A DNA stretch of 64,000 nucleotides from Batkoa obscura (Eukaryota): the NCBI GenBank assembly GCA_030770535.1, contig JASVEC010000001.1:1612001-1676000 (forward strand), given 5' to 3'. The notes under the pieces were generated by a model, which worked only from the letters and a program-made list of their open reading frames with translations, did not search any database and was not told the DNA's origin. How positions within the stretch are numbered: position 1 is the stretch's first letter; each line of letters opens with the position of its first letter. Positions 34,632 to 46,875 of the stretch are shown here, one piece after another. A program made the position numbers and the translations under genes.

Positions 34632-37600
34632 ATGGAATTTCCAAATGCTTTGCTATCTATAAATATCGCTGAAATGAGCAGCGAGAGTATCTATCAAATA
34701 GTTCGGGAAATCAAAACTGAAAATATGGTTATCGTTCTTGTTTTTTTCATCTTATCATTTATCAATAATCCTTTCGAATTTCAATTGATTGAACTTGCTA
34801 TACAACACCTCCGTGATCAAGCTAATAACTTTGATGAGATCATGGGTGATGCTTTATTTACTGTTGAGAATCAAGTCGAATCAGAAGAGCACGTTGCTCT
34901 ATTCTATAAGTTTATTTTAGGATTGTTAACTCATGGCTACATCTCCGAAGACGCTCTTGGTGAAAGACTTGACTTTAAAACACTCAAAAGTCTTAAGCTC
35001 ATTAGGGACGACGGTAACTTAAATAAAAGGCTTGTCCGATATAACACTGCTCAATTGTATAAACAGGTTAAATTCAATTTGTTACATGAGTCTTCACTTG
35101 GGTATAGCGCTCTTTTCAATGTCATCTTTTGTGCTTTTATGGATAAGACACCTATTGAGGTTGTTCATCAAGATATAGCTCATTTAGTCGGAGTCCATGC
35201 TCTTGATCCTGCTCATGTAATTGATATCGTTATCTCCGTGTTTGCCCAATGTCTTGAAGATAATTATGAATACTTTTTATTTTTGCTAAGCAATTCTCCT
35301 TGGTTTAATAATGATCGAGACTTGGGGGTCAAAACTTTTACTGATATAATTGCTTTTAAATTGGCTAACCTTTTGGTACTTGGTAATGTATCAGAATCCG
35401 ACTGCATCAGATACTATCACGTTGCTGCTTTGCTTATTAAATGCGGTTTAGTTGACTTAGAAGTCCTTTATTGCAGGCTCTCTCCTTCAGACGAAAAATG
35501 GCAAGAAATCTATAAGGAGTGCTTATACAACATAAAAACTCAAAAGCATAAATTAGCCCAAGGTGTTATGGCAAGCCTTGATGAAACTTCATCAAACGAG
35601 GACGAGGATACAAAAAAAGAAGAAGAAGCAGAAACAGAGGTGGAACCACCCAATCAAAAGTTAGGTTTACTTCGTGCTTTACTATCAATAGGTGCTCTCA
35701 ACGGCTCACAATGGATTATTTGTACTGAACCCACCTTCCTCGGTGCTGATCCTATCAGCTGCAAGCTTTTATGCAGGGTTATTAATAGAATGATTGATTC
35801 TGCCGGAGAAGTTCATAATCCTTCATTTTGCCCAGGGAAATTAGTAGGGCTTTCTGGACCATCTAAGAATGCACCAACTATTGACAAGATGGAAGTCACT
35901 CTTGATCCATTAACTTGCCAAATTAACCACGAATTCTATTGTAGAAATTGGGATAACGAGATTATGAAATTAGGAGTTGCATTTGATAAATTCGATCACG
36001 TATTTCATTGGTTACACTATTTAGGACCTAATATCAATGACTCTTTATTATATAACAAATTAGCCAGCATGGCTAAAAAGCCACTTGAAGACAACGTCAA
36101 CCGTTTAACAGATACACCTTGGTATCAAGTATTAATGAAAACTTTATTGCCAGGGTTACAATTTGTGGGTATGAATATAGGAATCTTTGGTGTATTATGG
36201 GAGACAGTGCGCAAGTTACCCACAGGCTTGAGATATGGTATCTATGGTTTATGGGCTGACAAATCTTTTTCTACTGCTGAGTTTAAAGCCAAAAGAAATT
36301 CAATTAAGATTCAATCAAATCAGCTTATTACTAGAATCACTGACCAGAACTCTGAAGATTTTGCTAGATATTTCAAAGAGTTGATTTATAGAGATCCTAT
36401 CGTTGCTATTCACAAGATTTTATTAGATGTCATGATTTACAACCGCCTTAGCCCTTACCTTGACACTTTTCAATTTATTGCTGACTTTATACCTGACGTT
36501 TTTGTCTTTACTTTCCTTAACTTTCTAAGCGATCCAGAAGCCGGAGACTTACAAGAATCTTCCCGTCTTAAGGATGACTGTATTAACACTGGAGATTGGC
36601 TAAGGAATTTAGCTGACTTTGTTACTCTTATTTCTAGAAAAACTAAAGTATTCCGTTTAGATATTCTCTTCACATATATCATTGACCAGTTACATGCAGG
36701 CAATGGTTTTGATCTTGCCTTTCTTTCAGCATTGCTTCATAAAATGGGTGGTGTAGATAGTACTGAAAATGTCAGTGATGTTTACTTTTTAAGTGGAGGA
36801 AAAAATCTTAGAACCGAAGCCTTTCCACAAGGAGCTTCAATTAAAGCTTCATCCAGCAGTGCCTCTCGCTTATACGAATCCCTTATAGACTCTAAGTCCT
36901 TACCAATATTGCTTGTACTACTCTGTCAACATTTGCAAAGCGTTGTTTATGACAATAAATGCACTCCTTACTTAGAGGAATATGAAATCGATGGTAAGAA
37001 TCTTGTTCCTGGGCTAAAGGATTCCTTTGTAGTCAAATACCATGGCGGGCTTTCTTTCACTAAAGTTAGAGCTTCTCATTATACTTCTGTACAAGATATT
37101 TTGCATCGTCTTACGGATTTTTTGTATATTCAATTAGACCCAAAAGTCAAAGAACCTTTCACCCTTCCTTCTTTAGACCAACTAGTGCATAATTATAAAC
37201 TATCACCTACATTAGCATTCAATATCATTAGACCTCTACTATCTTGTGGCGTGTATAACGAATATATATCTGAGTCCAAGACTTCTAATATAAACAATGA
37301 GATTGAACAGAGTGAGATAGTTGAAGGAAAAGAACAACTTGATCAAAATAGTATTGTAAACCTTGGTCAAGAAAACTCAGAAACACCCAACAAGATTTGG
37401 TTAAATAGCATTAAACCTATTTTCATTCAAATAGAGAATTTTATCAATAAGCCTGTTTTATCAATAATTAATGTTGGTTTTTATGCTACTTTCTGGCAAC
37501 TTAGATTATACGATATCAACATTCCTTTTGCCCAATATCAAGCTCAATTCGATATCTTTGATCCACAAATTCAGTCGCTTATAAGTGATAGTAAAAAGAG

Positions 37601-40220
37601 ACGTCTTAATTCCGAGGAAAAAGAAAAACTTGGTGAGCTTAGGGAGCGTCGCGAAGCCTTAGAAAAGGAGCTAGAGACTCAGAAAAGACTACATGCCTTA
37701 ACAACTAACCGAATCAATCGTGAGAAGGATAATTGGTTTGCTACAGATGCGAATCCATCCGATATCATGGACCACATCATTACTTCCTGTCTACTTCCTC
37801 GTCTTGTATTTTCTGATTCTGATGCAGTTTATTGTGCAAAATTTTTGTTCCTGTTACATTCGTTTAATTTTAATAACTTTTCAATTACAGTAATGGTTAC
37901 TAAACTTTTAAAGTACTTCAAACAGCTTTTGTCTACTTGTACTAAATCTGAAGGACGTTTCCTTGCCCTTTTCACCAAAGAATTGTTTCAGTTTTTAAAG
38001 AATTGGTATTCTAAGGAGGAAGAATATAAAATAGACATCATAGAAAAGAAGTGTTATGGATTTGCTTTAAATTCTGGATTATTGGAAATCCCCAACATTG
38101 AAAATATTCAATCTGATTATCTTCCACATGATGAATATTGTAAACTTTATCACCAATGGGAAGCTAATCTATTTAATATATGTTGTTTTGGCCTAGATTC
38201 TGCTCAGTATCTTCAGACATTTAATACAGTTGAGATACTCGTAAAACTAGACAATATCTTCCCACGCTCAAACACACACATCGAAGGTTTAATTAGAAAA
38301 GCTGATGATGCAATTGCCAATGATTCCAACAGAGAATACACTTCTCTACTTATTACTTATCGTGGTATATTACAATTCATGATTAGGGCAAGACAAAATA
38401 ACGAAAATAGGCTACCTAACGGTGCTGATCCTAGAAGAGAATCAACTACGCGAGCTAATAGGCCAAGCAATACAGATCCATATTCTAGACAAAACCGTCC
38501 TTCTAACATTGGTTCAAGAACTACCACTTCAAGAGATGATAGCTCAAGAGCTAACCTCAGACCTGATAGAGGAAGTTCTAGAAATGACTATGATAGAAAT
38601 ACCAGAAGATCTCCTGCGCGCACCTCCAATTCAACTCGCCATTCTAGTGGAAGAACTAGGCCAATGTCTCGAGGTAGAGAAGATGAAGGACCTTCATCAA
38701 CTCAACGTAAGCCTGAGACATCTCCTGGTAACGGACAATCTCGCTTGCAAACTGGTGAGCCAGTTCTTAAAGAACAGCCTTATACTAAGCAAGAGGTGCA
38801 AGTCGATCAAAATCAAACCCAAAGCACTCAAAGTCGTGATGCCGGTTATGTACGTAATGATCAACCATCTCAACGATCTAGATCGGATGAATTTAAGGAG
38901 CATGGGAATAATGTTCCTCAACCTAACGTTGAACCTAAATCTAATACTCCAGCCCATGGCGGTCAACGTCGTCAACCACTAGCCAACACTAGACCTCCAG
39001 TAGCTCAACAAGTTGACCAAAAGCCTTATCCTTCAAATAATAATAAAAACCAAGCTCCAACATCTCAACAAAAAAGTCCAGAGCAAAGGCTTCAACCTCA
39101 ATCTAATGTAGACAAAGCTCCACCATCTCAAGCTCAGCCTAATAATTCTGGGCAAAGAAATCAAGCTCCATTTAATGATAATAAAGTCCCAACTCCTCAA
39201 CTCCAATCTAATAACTCTGGTCAAAATCACCAGGCCTCGTCTAATAACAATAGACCTGCCCCACCTCAATCTTATCCAAGTAACTCTGGTTCACTTGGAC
39301 AAAGAAACCAACCTCCACAGAACGAAAACAGAAACCTTCCCCTTCCTCAATCACGCTCTAATAATAGATATGATAAGTTGGGAGATAGACTATCAGGTCC
39401 TCAGAAGCATCAATCTAATGATGTACAAGGACCACAAAGAGCATCTGGGTCAATGAATACAAGCAATAATAGTCAAGGGCGTGTTGTAGCTAATAACAAT
39501 ACAGGCAGTTATACTAATGAAAGAGTCCATTCATCCCAGGGAAATGAACATCAACAAATGCCTGTAAGAGGTACTCGTAGTATTGTAGCTAATACCAATG
39601 AACGTGATCACCGCGATTATCCCGATCAGCGTAATCAACGCCAAGATAATAGGCAGGAGTTGTTTAACTCGACGAATCAACACAGTCAACGTCAAGATCC
39701 ATCTAATAATTCAACAAACCAAGGGATGCGTTCAAGTAACCCTCAAGTAAGAAGCCCTAAGCGCCAGCGTGGGGATAATATGGGAGGTTATCAAAACAAT
39801 GAGGGAAATTTCCGTAATACGAAAGTGAAATTTAATAATGAACAGGATGATTATGACAATCATTATAAACAGGGTCAATATAAAGACCACTATCCTCATA
39901 TGGATCAAAATAACTTTGATAGAAACCGTCGACATGATAATTTCAATCGTTCTAGGAATTTAATGAATGCTCATTTGCGTGATTCACGTGGTAATTTTGG
40001 GAATCAGCATAGAGATGGTTTCCAAGGTCAAAATCAACGTAGAGATCAAAATCAACGTAGGGATGATGATTATCAAGGTCAAGGTCAACGTAGAGATGGT
40101 GATGATGACTTCCAAGGCCAAAACCAACGCAGGGACCAAAATCAACGTAGAGATAATGATGATTTCCAAGGGCAACCACCTCGTGGTAATTATTATTCAG
40201 GCTCTCGCTCTCGCCGTTAA
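34632..40220 (+). CDS. THO2: THO complex subunit 2
   Basis: VRYNTAQLYKQVKFNLLHESSLGYS, FYATFWQLRLYDI..P...Y, CLLPRLVFSDSDAVYCAKF; disordered R/Q/N-rich C-terminus. Confidence 0.93.
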   Translation: MEFPNALLSINIAEMSSESIYQIVREIKTENMVIVLVFFILSFINNPFEFQLIELAIQHLRDQANNFDEIMGDALFTVENQVESEEHVALFYKFILGLLTHGYISEDALGERLDFKTLKSLKLIRDDGNLNKRLVRYNTAQLYKQVKFNLLHESSLGYSALFNVIFCAFMDKTPIEVVHQDIAHLVGVHALDPAHVIDIVISVFAQCLEDNYEYFLFLLSNSPWFNNDRDLGVKTFTDIIAFKLANLLVLGNVSESDCIRYYHVAALLIKCGLVDLEVLYCRLSPSDEKWQEIYKECLYNIKTQKHKLAQGVMASLDETSSNEDEDTKKEEEAETEVEPPNQKLGLLRALLSIGALNGSQWIICTEPTFLGADPISCKLLCRVINRMIDSAGEVHNPSFCPGKLVGLSGPSKNAPTIDKMEVTLDPLTCQINHEFYCRNWDNEIMKLGVAFDKFDHVFHWLHYLGPNINDSLLYNKLASMAKKPLEDNVNRLTDTPWYQVLMKTLLPGLQFVGMNIGIFGVLWETVRKLPTGLRYGIYGLWADKSFSTAEFKAKRNSIKIQSNQLITRITDQNSEDFARYFKELIYRDPIVAIHKILLDVMIYNRLSPYLDTFQFIADFIPDVFVFTFLNFLSDPEAGDLQESSRLKDDCINTGDWLRNLADFVTLISRKTKVFRLDILFTYIIDQLHAGNGFDLAFLSALLHKMGGVDSTENVSDVYFLSGGKNLRTEAFPQGASIKASSSSASRLYESLIDSKSLPILLVLLCQHLQSVVYDNKCTPYLEEYEIDGKNLVPGLKDSFVVKYHGGLSFTKVRASHYTSVQDILHRLTDFLYIQLDPKVKEPFTLPSLDQLVHNYKLSPTLAFNIIRPLLSCGVYNEYISESKTSNINNEIEQSEIVEGKEQLDQNSIVNLGQENSETPNKIWLNSIKPIFIQIENFINKPVLSIINVGFYATFWQLRLYDINIPFAQYQAQFDIFDPQIQSLISDSKKRRLNSEEKEKLGELRERREALEKELETQKRLHALTTNRINREKDNWFATDANPSDIMDHIITSCLLPRLVFSDSDAVYCAKFLFLLHSFNFNNFSITVMVTKLLKYFKQLLSTCTKSEGRFLALFTKELFQFLKNWYSKEEEYKIDIIEKKCYGFALNSGLLEIPNIENIQSDYLPHDEYCKLYHQWEANLFNICCFGLDSAQYLQTFNTVEILVKLDNIFPRSNTHIEGLIRKADDAIANDSNREYTSLLITYRGILQFMIRARQNNENRLPNGADPRRESTTRANRPSNTDPYSRQNRPSNIGSRTTTSRDDSSRANLRPDRGSSRNDYDRNTRRSPARTSNSTRHSSGRTRPMSRGREDEGPSSTQRKPETSPGNGQSRLQTGEPVLKEQPYTKQEVQVDQNQTQSTQSRDAGYVRNDQPSQRSRSDEFKEHGNNVPQPNVEPKSNTPAHGGQRRQPLANTRPPVAQQVDQKPYPSNNNKNQAPTSQQKSPEQRLQPQSNVDKAPPSQAQPNNSGQRNQAPFNDNKVPTPQLQSNNSGQNHQASSNNNRPAPPQSYPSNSGSLGQRNQPPQNENRNLPLPQSRSNNRYDKLGDRLSGPQKHQSNDVQGPQRASGSMNTSNNSQGRVVANNNTGSYTNERVHSSQGNEHQQMPVRGTRSIVANTNERDHRDYPDQRNQRQDNRQELFNSTNQHSQRQDPSNNSTNQGMRSSNPQVRSPKRQRGDNMGGYQNNEGNFRNTKVKFNNEQDDYDNHYKQGQYKDHYPHMDQNNFDRNRRHDNFNRSRNLMNAHLRDSRGNFGNQHRDGFQGQNQRRDQNQRRDDDYQGQGQRRDGDDDFQGQNQRRDQNQRRDNDDFQGQPPRGNYYSGSRSRR

Positions 40221-40732
40221 AAGCCTTTAAGTACGTTTGGTTCATTTTTAAACTCAAAGCTTATTACTCAATAGCTTTATAGAGTTGGGTATAAAGATAA
40301 GATATTGATTATAATGATATTTCCTATCAAACATGAACTTTATTTTCTCAATAAATTTATAGTATTTGAATAAGTTTAAAATAAGTTATAAAAAATCTAT
40401 AAAGATGGGAGTAAATTTAAAAACTTAGAACTAAAATATAATTTTCGAATTTATTTAGGTTTAAATTTGTAAAGTTTGTATGTTATGTGTTTTTTTATCC
40501 CACTATTTTCTGCTTTTTATATTATAAAACGATGGGAAATTATTAGCTAAACACTGAGGTAAAAAAGTATTACAATATGAGGGTGCTATAAAAATAAACA
40601 AAGCAACATTTTTAAAATAAATCAAAAGCGGAAAAAAATGAGTCCCAGGTTTAAACTATCTCACGTTAAAAGTAAGTTTACTAAATTTAATATCAAATAG
40701 TCAATTAATTTATTTATATATATATCGTTCAA

Positions 40733-41992
40733 TTAAGAATGTTTAGATCTACTCCCTTTAATAAACTCTCTTTGAGGCTTTGTTTTAAAAGCAAGCGAAA
40801 CAAAGTTAGGCACTTTATTAAGCAGATCTATGTAATAGTTTTGTAAAGCTTCGTTTTGTCTCACTCTAGTCAAATTAAGTTTGTTCATTTGGGCCCATTT
40901 AACTGGCATTGGATTTCTTTTAACAACTTTATAAGGCCTCAAGCCTTTAGGTGCAACTGTGCTAACATTACTAGTTATTGGACCAACTTGATTTGAAAGC
41001 TTTGAAATTAATTGAGGCAGTGTCAATTGCGAATTGATTCCATTTAAAATCGGATTGTTATCAATTAAACTTTCTATCACATTCGTGACAGCTGGTACTG
41101 GGTTATAAGACCTTCTCTGTACATTTTGTTTTAATGTAGTTGGGTAGGAAGGATAGGTGTAACAATATATATCTTTAGTGGTATTTAAAGTGCTGTTCAC
41201 GTCATACTTCCAAGTAATCAATGGGTCATTGAGCCCTACTTTAGTTTGATAAATATCCCCATCGTACTGCAACGACTCTGGATTTCTACGCTGCCAATTA
41301 TACCACAAAAGATCCATAAATGAATGATGTAAATAAAACAATGGATCGTTTGGTGATATCATCTGAGTAAAATCCATCCCACCGCCAATATTATTATGAG
41401 GATCTGCATGTACCTGCTCCAGATTATCTTCAAAATCAGAAAACTTTTTTAGGTTCAAGAAAGGGTTAATCACTTCTGGAATTGCAAATTTACTTATTTT
41501 AGAGCCTAAATCATAGCTTCTTTGCAAACAATGATCTTTATCATACTTTAAAGTCATATAAGCAAATTCGCCATCTTGTACGCAGTAAGTGTCATTGCTA
41601 TTACCATTGCTACCAAAATACCAATCCGAAAGCACTAGAGAGTCTTGTGGTGCTTGGGCATCGATGGACCAATCCCAATAAGGTAGCATAACCGAACTAT
41701 CAATCTTTTGTAGCTCTATTTCATATAGTCGGATAAAGTGACGATGCCAGGGTAAGAACCTAGGGACTGAGTGGGAGATCTCATGGTTTTCATTATGTAC
41801 TTTGGTAAATTGTTCATGAATTGATAAGTTAGTATTACTATACTGTGTGTTATGTAAGGACCTTACGGCATCAGTAAATCTATATAATTCATCCGAAGTG
41901 AGGTCACGGATTTCTTTACGTTGTTGTGGAGAGGTACACGTTTGCGTGCAAACAGTGGCAACAAATAATAAAAGGAGGTATAGTAATCTCAT
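40733..41992 (-). CDS. Secreted tyrosinase (type-3 di-copper)
   Basis: Signal peptide; RKEIRDL; CuA H...H...FLPWHR; PYWDW; CuB HADPHNNIGG...SPNDPLFYLHHSFMD. Confidence 0.95.
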   Translation of the reverse strand: MRLLYLLLLFVATVCTQTCTSPQQRKEIRDLTSDELYRFTDAVRSLHNTQYSNTNLSIHEQFTKVHNENHEISHSVPRFLPWHRHFIRLYEIELQKIDSSVMLPYWDWSIDAQAPQDSLVLSDWYFGSNGNSNDTYCVQDGEFAYMTLKYDKDHCLQRSYDLGSKISKFAIPEVINPFLNLKKFSDFEDNLEQVHADPHNNIGGGMDFTQMISPNDPLFYLHHSFMDLLWYNWQRRNPESLQYDGDIYQTKVGLNDPLITWKYDVNSTLNTTKDIYCYTYPSYPTTLKQNVQRRSYNPVPAVTNVIESLIDNNPILNGINSQLTLPQLISKLSNQVGPITSNVSTVAPKGLRPYKVVKRNPMPVKWAQMNKLNLTRVRQNEALQNYYIDLLNKVPNFVSLAFKTKPQREFIKGSRSKHS

Positions 41993-42376
41993 TCAAATAA
42001 TTAGTTTTTTAATATTAAGGGTTTTTTAATGTATTTATATTAAATTTGGATTTGCCTTAATAAAATATGCCTTCTCTACTTTTAGTAGATTCATTAAGCA
42101 AGTCAGCCCATTTCTTCAAATCTCTAAAAATAATTAAGCCTTAAATAGCAGGGCGTTTATCTTTATCTTTACTATTTTGTTGCAAAAGCCTCAACTTCAT
42201 TACTGTGTTTAAATTGGCATTCTAACAAAGCTTTATTTTTATTTAGAAAATTTCCAATTACCGCCAAAAGTTAATTAATGGAAATGGAAGATTTAAATAC
42301 CATTTTAATTATGTTAAGTTTGAAAATTTCATGATTTATGATCTAATGGAGTAGATTTCATTTAACAAACTATATA

Positions 42377-42543
42377 CAGCTGTTGCAGCTCTTTTGTGAC
42401 TTTTTTAGTAGTAGTTTTTAAAGCTAAATTGCATTTATAGCCAATTCTTCTAAAACGTTATCCTCATACTTTATTTGAATTTTAGTATAATTTATTTTCT
42501 TAAACGAACAGCTAATTAAGTCTAAAAAGAGTTGCAACAGTTG
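42377..42543. mobile_element. MITE-B
   Basis: TA|CAGCTGTTGCAGCTCTTTT...AAAAGAGTTGCAACAGTTG|TA. Confidence 0.8.
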
Positions 42544-44459
42544 TATCAAAGCCACTTAAGTGAATTCGTTATCCAATAAAATAATATTGTCATAGCATCA
42601 GTAGCTGTGCGAAAATTTATTAAGTAATCTAATGGTAAATGATTTAAATTAATTACTTTGTTTCTGTTAAAATAGTAAAAAACCACTTCATAATAAATAA
42701 AAGCTATCTCATCTTGCTAAAAATAGAGTTCTATTGTCTTGTTTTATGACTTCAACTTATATTGCTTAATTTGGCTAAATTTTAAGAAATTATTTACTTT
42801 TTTTAATAGTCACATAAACATCGAGCCTACACTGAGCCAAAAATAAGTTTGCATCCCTTTGAAAATAAGTATTTATGTATGCTGTTAGAATACAACATTA
42901 ATGGTGTTGTAATTGATATTGTTGATAATATATTATATTAATCTTATACTTGATCTATTTATAATATCAGTCTAAATAAACTACAAAATACTTAATAAAA
43001 TTATCGTTTAAAAATTGATATAACATGTAATCGTTTTAACTTCATAAACTTTCACAGTAAATTTAGACTTTATTATTAAATTATTAAATAGCTTAAATAT
43101 AGTTTTATTTTTAAGTATCATAGATATAATTATATACATATATCTATTTTTGGAATTATTCATCAAACTTGTTTGAAAAGATTAATCTCTTAGATGTCTC
43201 CTAATTGGCTTCTATTCGTTCCAAAGCAAATGCTGTTTTAAAGAAATCAAATCATTTATACTTTAGTATACCTTTTGTTCGCGTTGTGTAAATTGTGTCG
43301 TTATTATGAGTTTCTAATCAGAATAATGTCAATGTTTATGTTTTTATTAATGAATGATATTATGTCTTCTTATTCTTAGCAGCTATTAGTAATAAAATTT
43401 GGACTTAAGTAAATAAATAAAGTTAGCTCTTTAAAAAAGATAATTGATAAACTAAATTGCATAAAAGTACTTATTTTTACCTACCTATTTGCTTCAGATG
43501 CATTTATATTTCAGCTGTTGCCCATTTTAGTTAATATGGTCTTAAAGTCTACAGTTATTATGTTATTGCTTATTTATGCCTATCTATGCCAGTTTAGTAA
43601 TTGTAATAATTTTAAGGTAATTGTAAATGAGCAAGTATAAAAGTCTAGTAAAAGAAAGTAACTTTTTATAGTTCTGATTAACGTTTAAACCTGCCAAAAT
43701 TTGTAACTCTGAGTGTAAAATTCAAATTAAAGGAATTAGAATGGATTTTTTGTTTCATTATTTTGTATTGTTTTGAAGGAATATTTTTCAAATTTATTCT
43801 TTTTCAAAAAAGACATCTTTTATTTTATCAATATTTATACTTATTTCTCTTGTAATGAATTAAATTCGGAAAAATGTTGAGCCTTGGCTTTAAACTTAAA
43901 CATAAGTTGTTATATTTTATGATGTTATTTAAACCCCACTTCTTTTATTTCAAAAAAACTTTAATATAACAAAAACTTTAAAATTATTGGGCTTTGTTAG
44001 TATCTTTTTCTTTTTTAATCTCAACATCTTTAATAACAATGAAATAATAATATTCTTAGCAATTCGCTTATTTTACTTTGCCAATTGTTATTAATTACTG
44101 CTTTAGGTATGTATAAAAAATTAAAGTGATCTCGAATTTAGCACAAGATCTAGAAAGAAATATCGATTGCTTACTACAGCTAAATGAGAGCATTTGAATG
44201 ACAAAGGATATTATAAAAGTTTAGATACTAATTGTTTCAAGTTTATTTTACTATGGGTACTAGTCCACAGGGCCTATTTTTTACAACTTAATAGACATTT
44301 GATTATGACTTTATACAAATATTGATGTTCGCAATCTTCTGGTTAATAAATTGAGTTAAAATCCTAAATAAAAACACTACTTGAGTATGTAGATTCATAT
44401 GAATATTAAATTAATTTACTACTATTTCAAAAATCACTAAGATTATAACTAAGCTACCA

Positions 44460-44966
44460 TTACACACCACGAAGTAGTAAAAATCCTAAAGTAGAGAATA
44501 TAAGGATGTGAAGCTCCTTTGGAATATTGAAAAATAGTCTAAAATCCCCATTTTCGCGGGAAAAAGTACCAATGGTTGCTTCTGGTTTTAAGGAGCAGTT
44601 TAAGATCCATTTATCCGTATAAAATGTCCAATAATAATAGATGGCAGCTTCATGGCTTGGACAGATAATAATTTCAGCATGATAAGCTTCATTGCTCTTT
44701 AGTTTTAATTGAAATTTTAAATCAGAAAGCTTGCTAGTTGGGTCTACTAAACTTATTTTAAACTCATTTTTTACGAAGAAATGTGCCTTAGTTATCTTTG
44801 CTAATGGTAAGTTGTTTGCAGATAATAAAAGGGTGCGTTTATTATTAACTAGTATACATTTGTATTGGTGATTCAAAGTGGAGTCATCAGTTACTAAAGA
44901 TATATTATAATTTTTTAATTGATTATTTGCATCTTTTTCAAACTTATATTTTATTAAGCTTTCCAT
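44460..44966 (-). CDS. Unknown protein, paralog of 51166-51678; possibly Tubby-C/LURP/DUF6593-like fold
   Basis: Shared motifs LPLAKI, LSDLK, AY.AEI, YYWT.Y, W.LN.S..PE..I, KEL..L...TL.FLL; beta-rich with a terminal hydrophobic helix. Confidence 0.75.
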   Translation of the reverse strand: MESLIKYKFEKDANNQLKNYNISLVTDDSTLNHQYKCILVNNKRTLLLSANNLPLAKITKAHFFVKNEFKISLVDPTSKLSDLKFQLKLKSNEAYHAEIIICPSHEAAIYYYWTFYTDKWILNCSLKPEATIGTFSRENGDFRLFFNIPKELHILIFSTLGFLLLRGV

Positions 44967-46875
44967 GCTTAACTACTATTTTATTACAGTGCTTTTTGAT
45001 ATTTATTATATATATACTATATTCCTTTTCTTACCCTATTTAAGCTTGATTACTTGGCAATCACCTAGATTGAAATTTTGTTCTAGAGCAACAATTATAA
45101 AAATTCGGAAAGAAATTGGAACTTTCAAAGTAGACAATCTTTATAAGGTTGAAAATCAATTAAAAAGTAAAGTATAAGTATAAATGTGATTTCATATATA
45201 TATAATTATTTATATCTCAAATCCTTCCGAAAAGGTAGAAGAGTTTATCTTTTGGATTTAAGATCCTTTGAATTTTATTCATAAAGTTATATTATGGTTG
45301 ACTATGTTTTGGTTTATAGTTATACCAATTTCTAATCATTTTATTAGTTTTTCGCAAATTTAAAGTTGTCGGATCTTGGCAGATAGAATGGTACGGTATA
45401 AAAACACACCAAAAGACCCGTAACTATAATATATGCGGTCAAGAGTAATTTGTAATTAGTAAAATACATTGATATCCTTGGCTATTCGTATTTGCGTAAT
45501 AAACAACAAAAGGTGACATTGTGTAAAAGAAGTGATAGGGTTTATCTAAAACTAAATACCAATTATTTTATTATTAAATATAAATAGTAAAATAAAGTAT
45601 AAAAAGTAGTCTTATCCTATAATTATTATAGTTATTGACAATATGAGTCTGTAAAACTTTTAATACTTAATATCATTATATAATATAAAGAATTCAATAA
45701 TGTTTGTATAAGGTAAAATTTAATTAAAAAAACATTTTTTATATTTCACATTAAACTAACTTATTATAGTATGCATTGCCAGTCTTCCTTATTTTTGACC
45801 ATTATTTCAATATCTGAAAAATTATTATGTAAATTTCAACTTGAAAATTATTTTATTTTAGTGCGTAATGCCAAGGGTTTGGAAAAAAAAATATAGAATA
45901 CTTATACACAATATAGCCATTATCAGTATGTTTAATCCTTTAATTTCTAGGACAATTTGTGTTAAGACTGTAAAAATAAACTTGGATTTGTATAAAATAT
46001 AATAGCAAGTAAATTTGATAGCCTGATAGTGATACTTTACTTATATAGCAATTTACTCCTTTACCTAAAAATTATAAAAAGTATACAGTTATAAAGCACA
46101 ACAAGTTGTACAAAAATATACTAGTCTTTGATGCCAATAGCTTGTTTGAACTTTTTCTTTTAGACTTAATCAAACTGTTTATTTTAGCTCAATAAAAACA
46201 AAATATAACAGTATTGTAAAAAAGGCTTAATGAGAATCAAAATCTTGTAATGATCGTTATACTATAGATTTATACAACTTTTCCTTTTCCTTTTCCTTTT
46301 ACTTATTTTTCAAGCTATAAAATTAGATCACAGACTTGTCCTTTGATTTATATAAGATATTATATATATTATATATTATAGGTCATACCACTCTAAACGT
46401 TTTGAAGAGCTTATTTATCTTAAAGCAGTTTGCTTTTGCTATTAAGATTTACTATAAATATCATCAAACTTTTGCTTAAGGGAAGAAATTTACTCTCTTT
46501 AAATCTTTTACGTCTTTATGAATATACAAGTTTTTCAAGTCTACCCAGCTGTCCCAAAAAAATATTTGAACAAACTTATATATAAATAAGAATAATTATA
46601 TAATTAAATTACCAGGAGCAATTGTGTTAATTTTAATTCACCACTTTGTGATTGGAATTGGGTGCTATACTTTTCGTTTTGTTTAAAATAAGAAATAATA
46701 TCTTATCTATTACTTTGATAGAATTTCCCAGTTATTTAAAATTAAATAAATATGATAATTATCACTATAATAAATAACAAAACAGATTACAAACTAAGGT
46801 TTATATAAATTTATTTCAATATAAAAAGTCAAAAACAGAGCTAGGGATTAAAGAAGCATTACAAAGTTTATGGTT

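Noticed and set aside
36470..40257. Several overlapping ORFs within THO2
   Set aside because: Shadow frames of low-complexity coding sequence.
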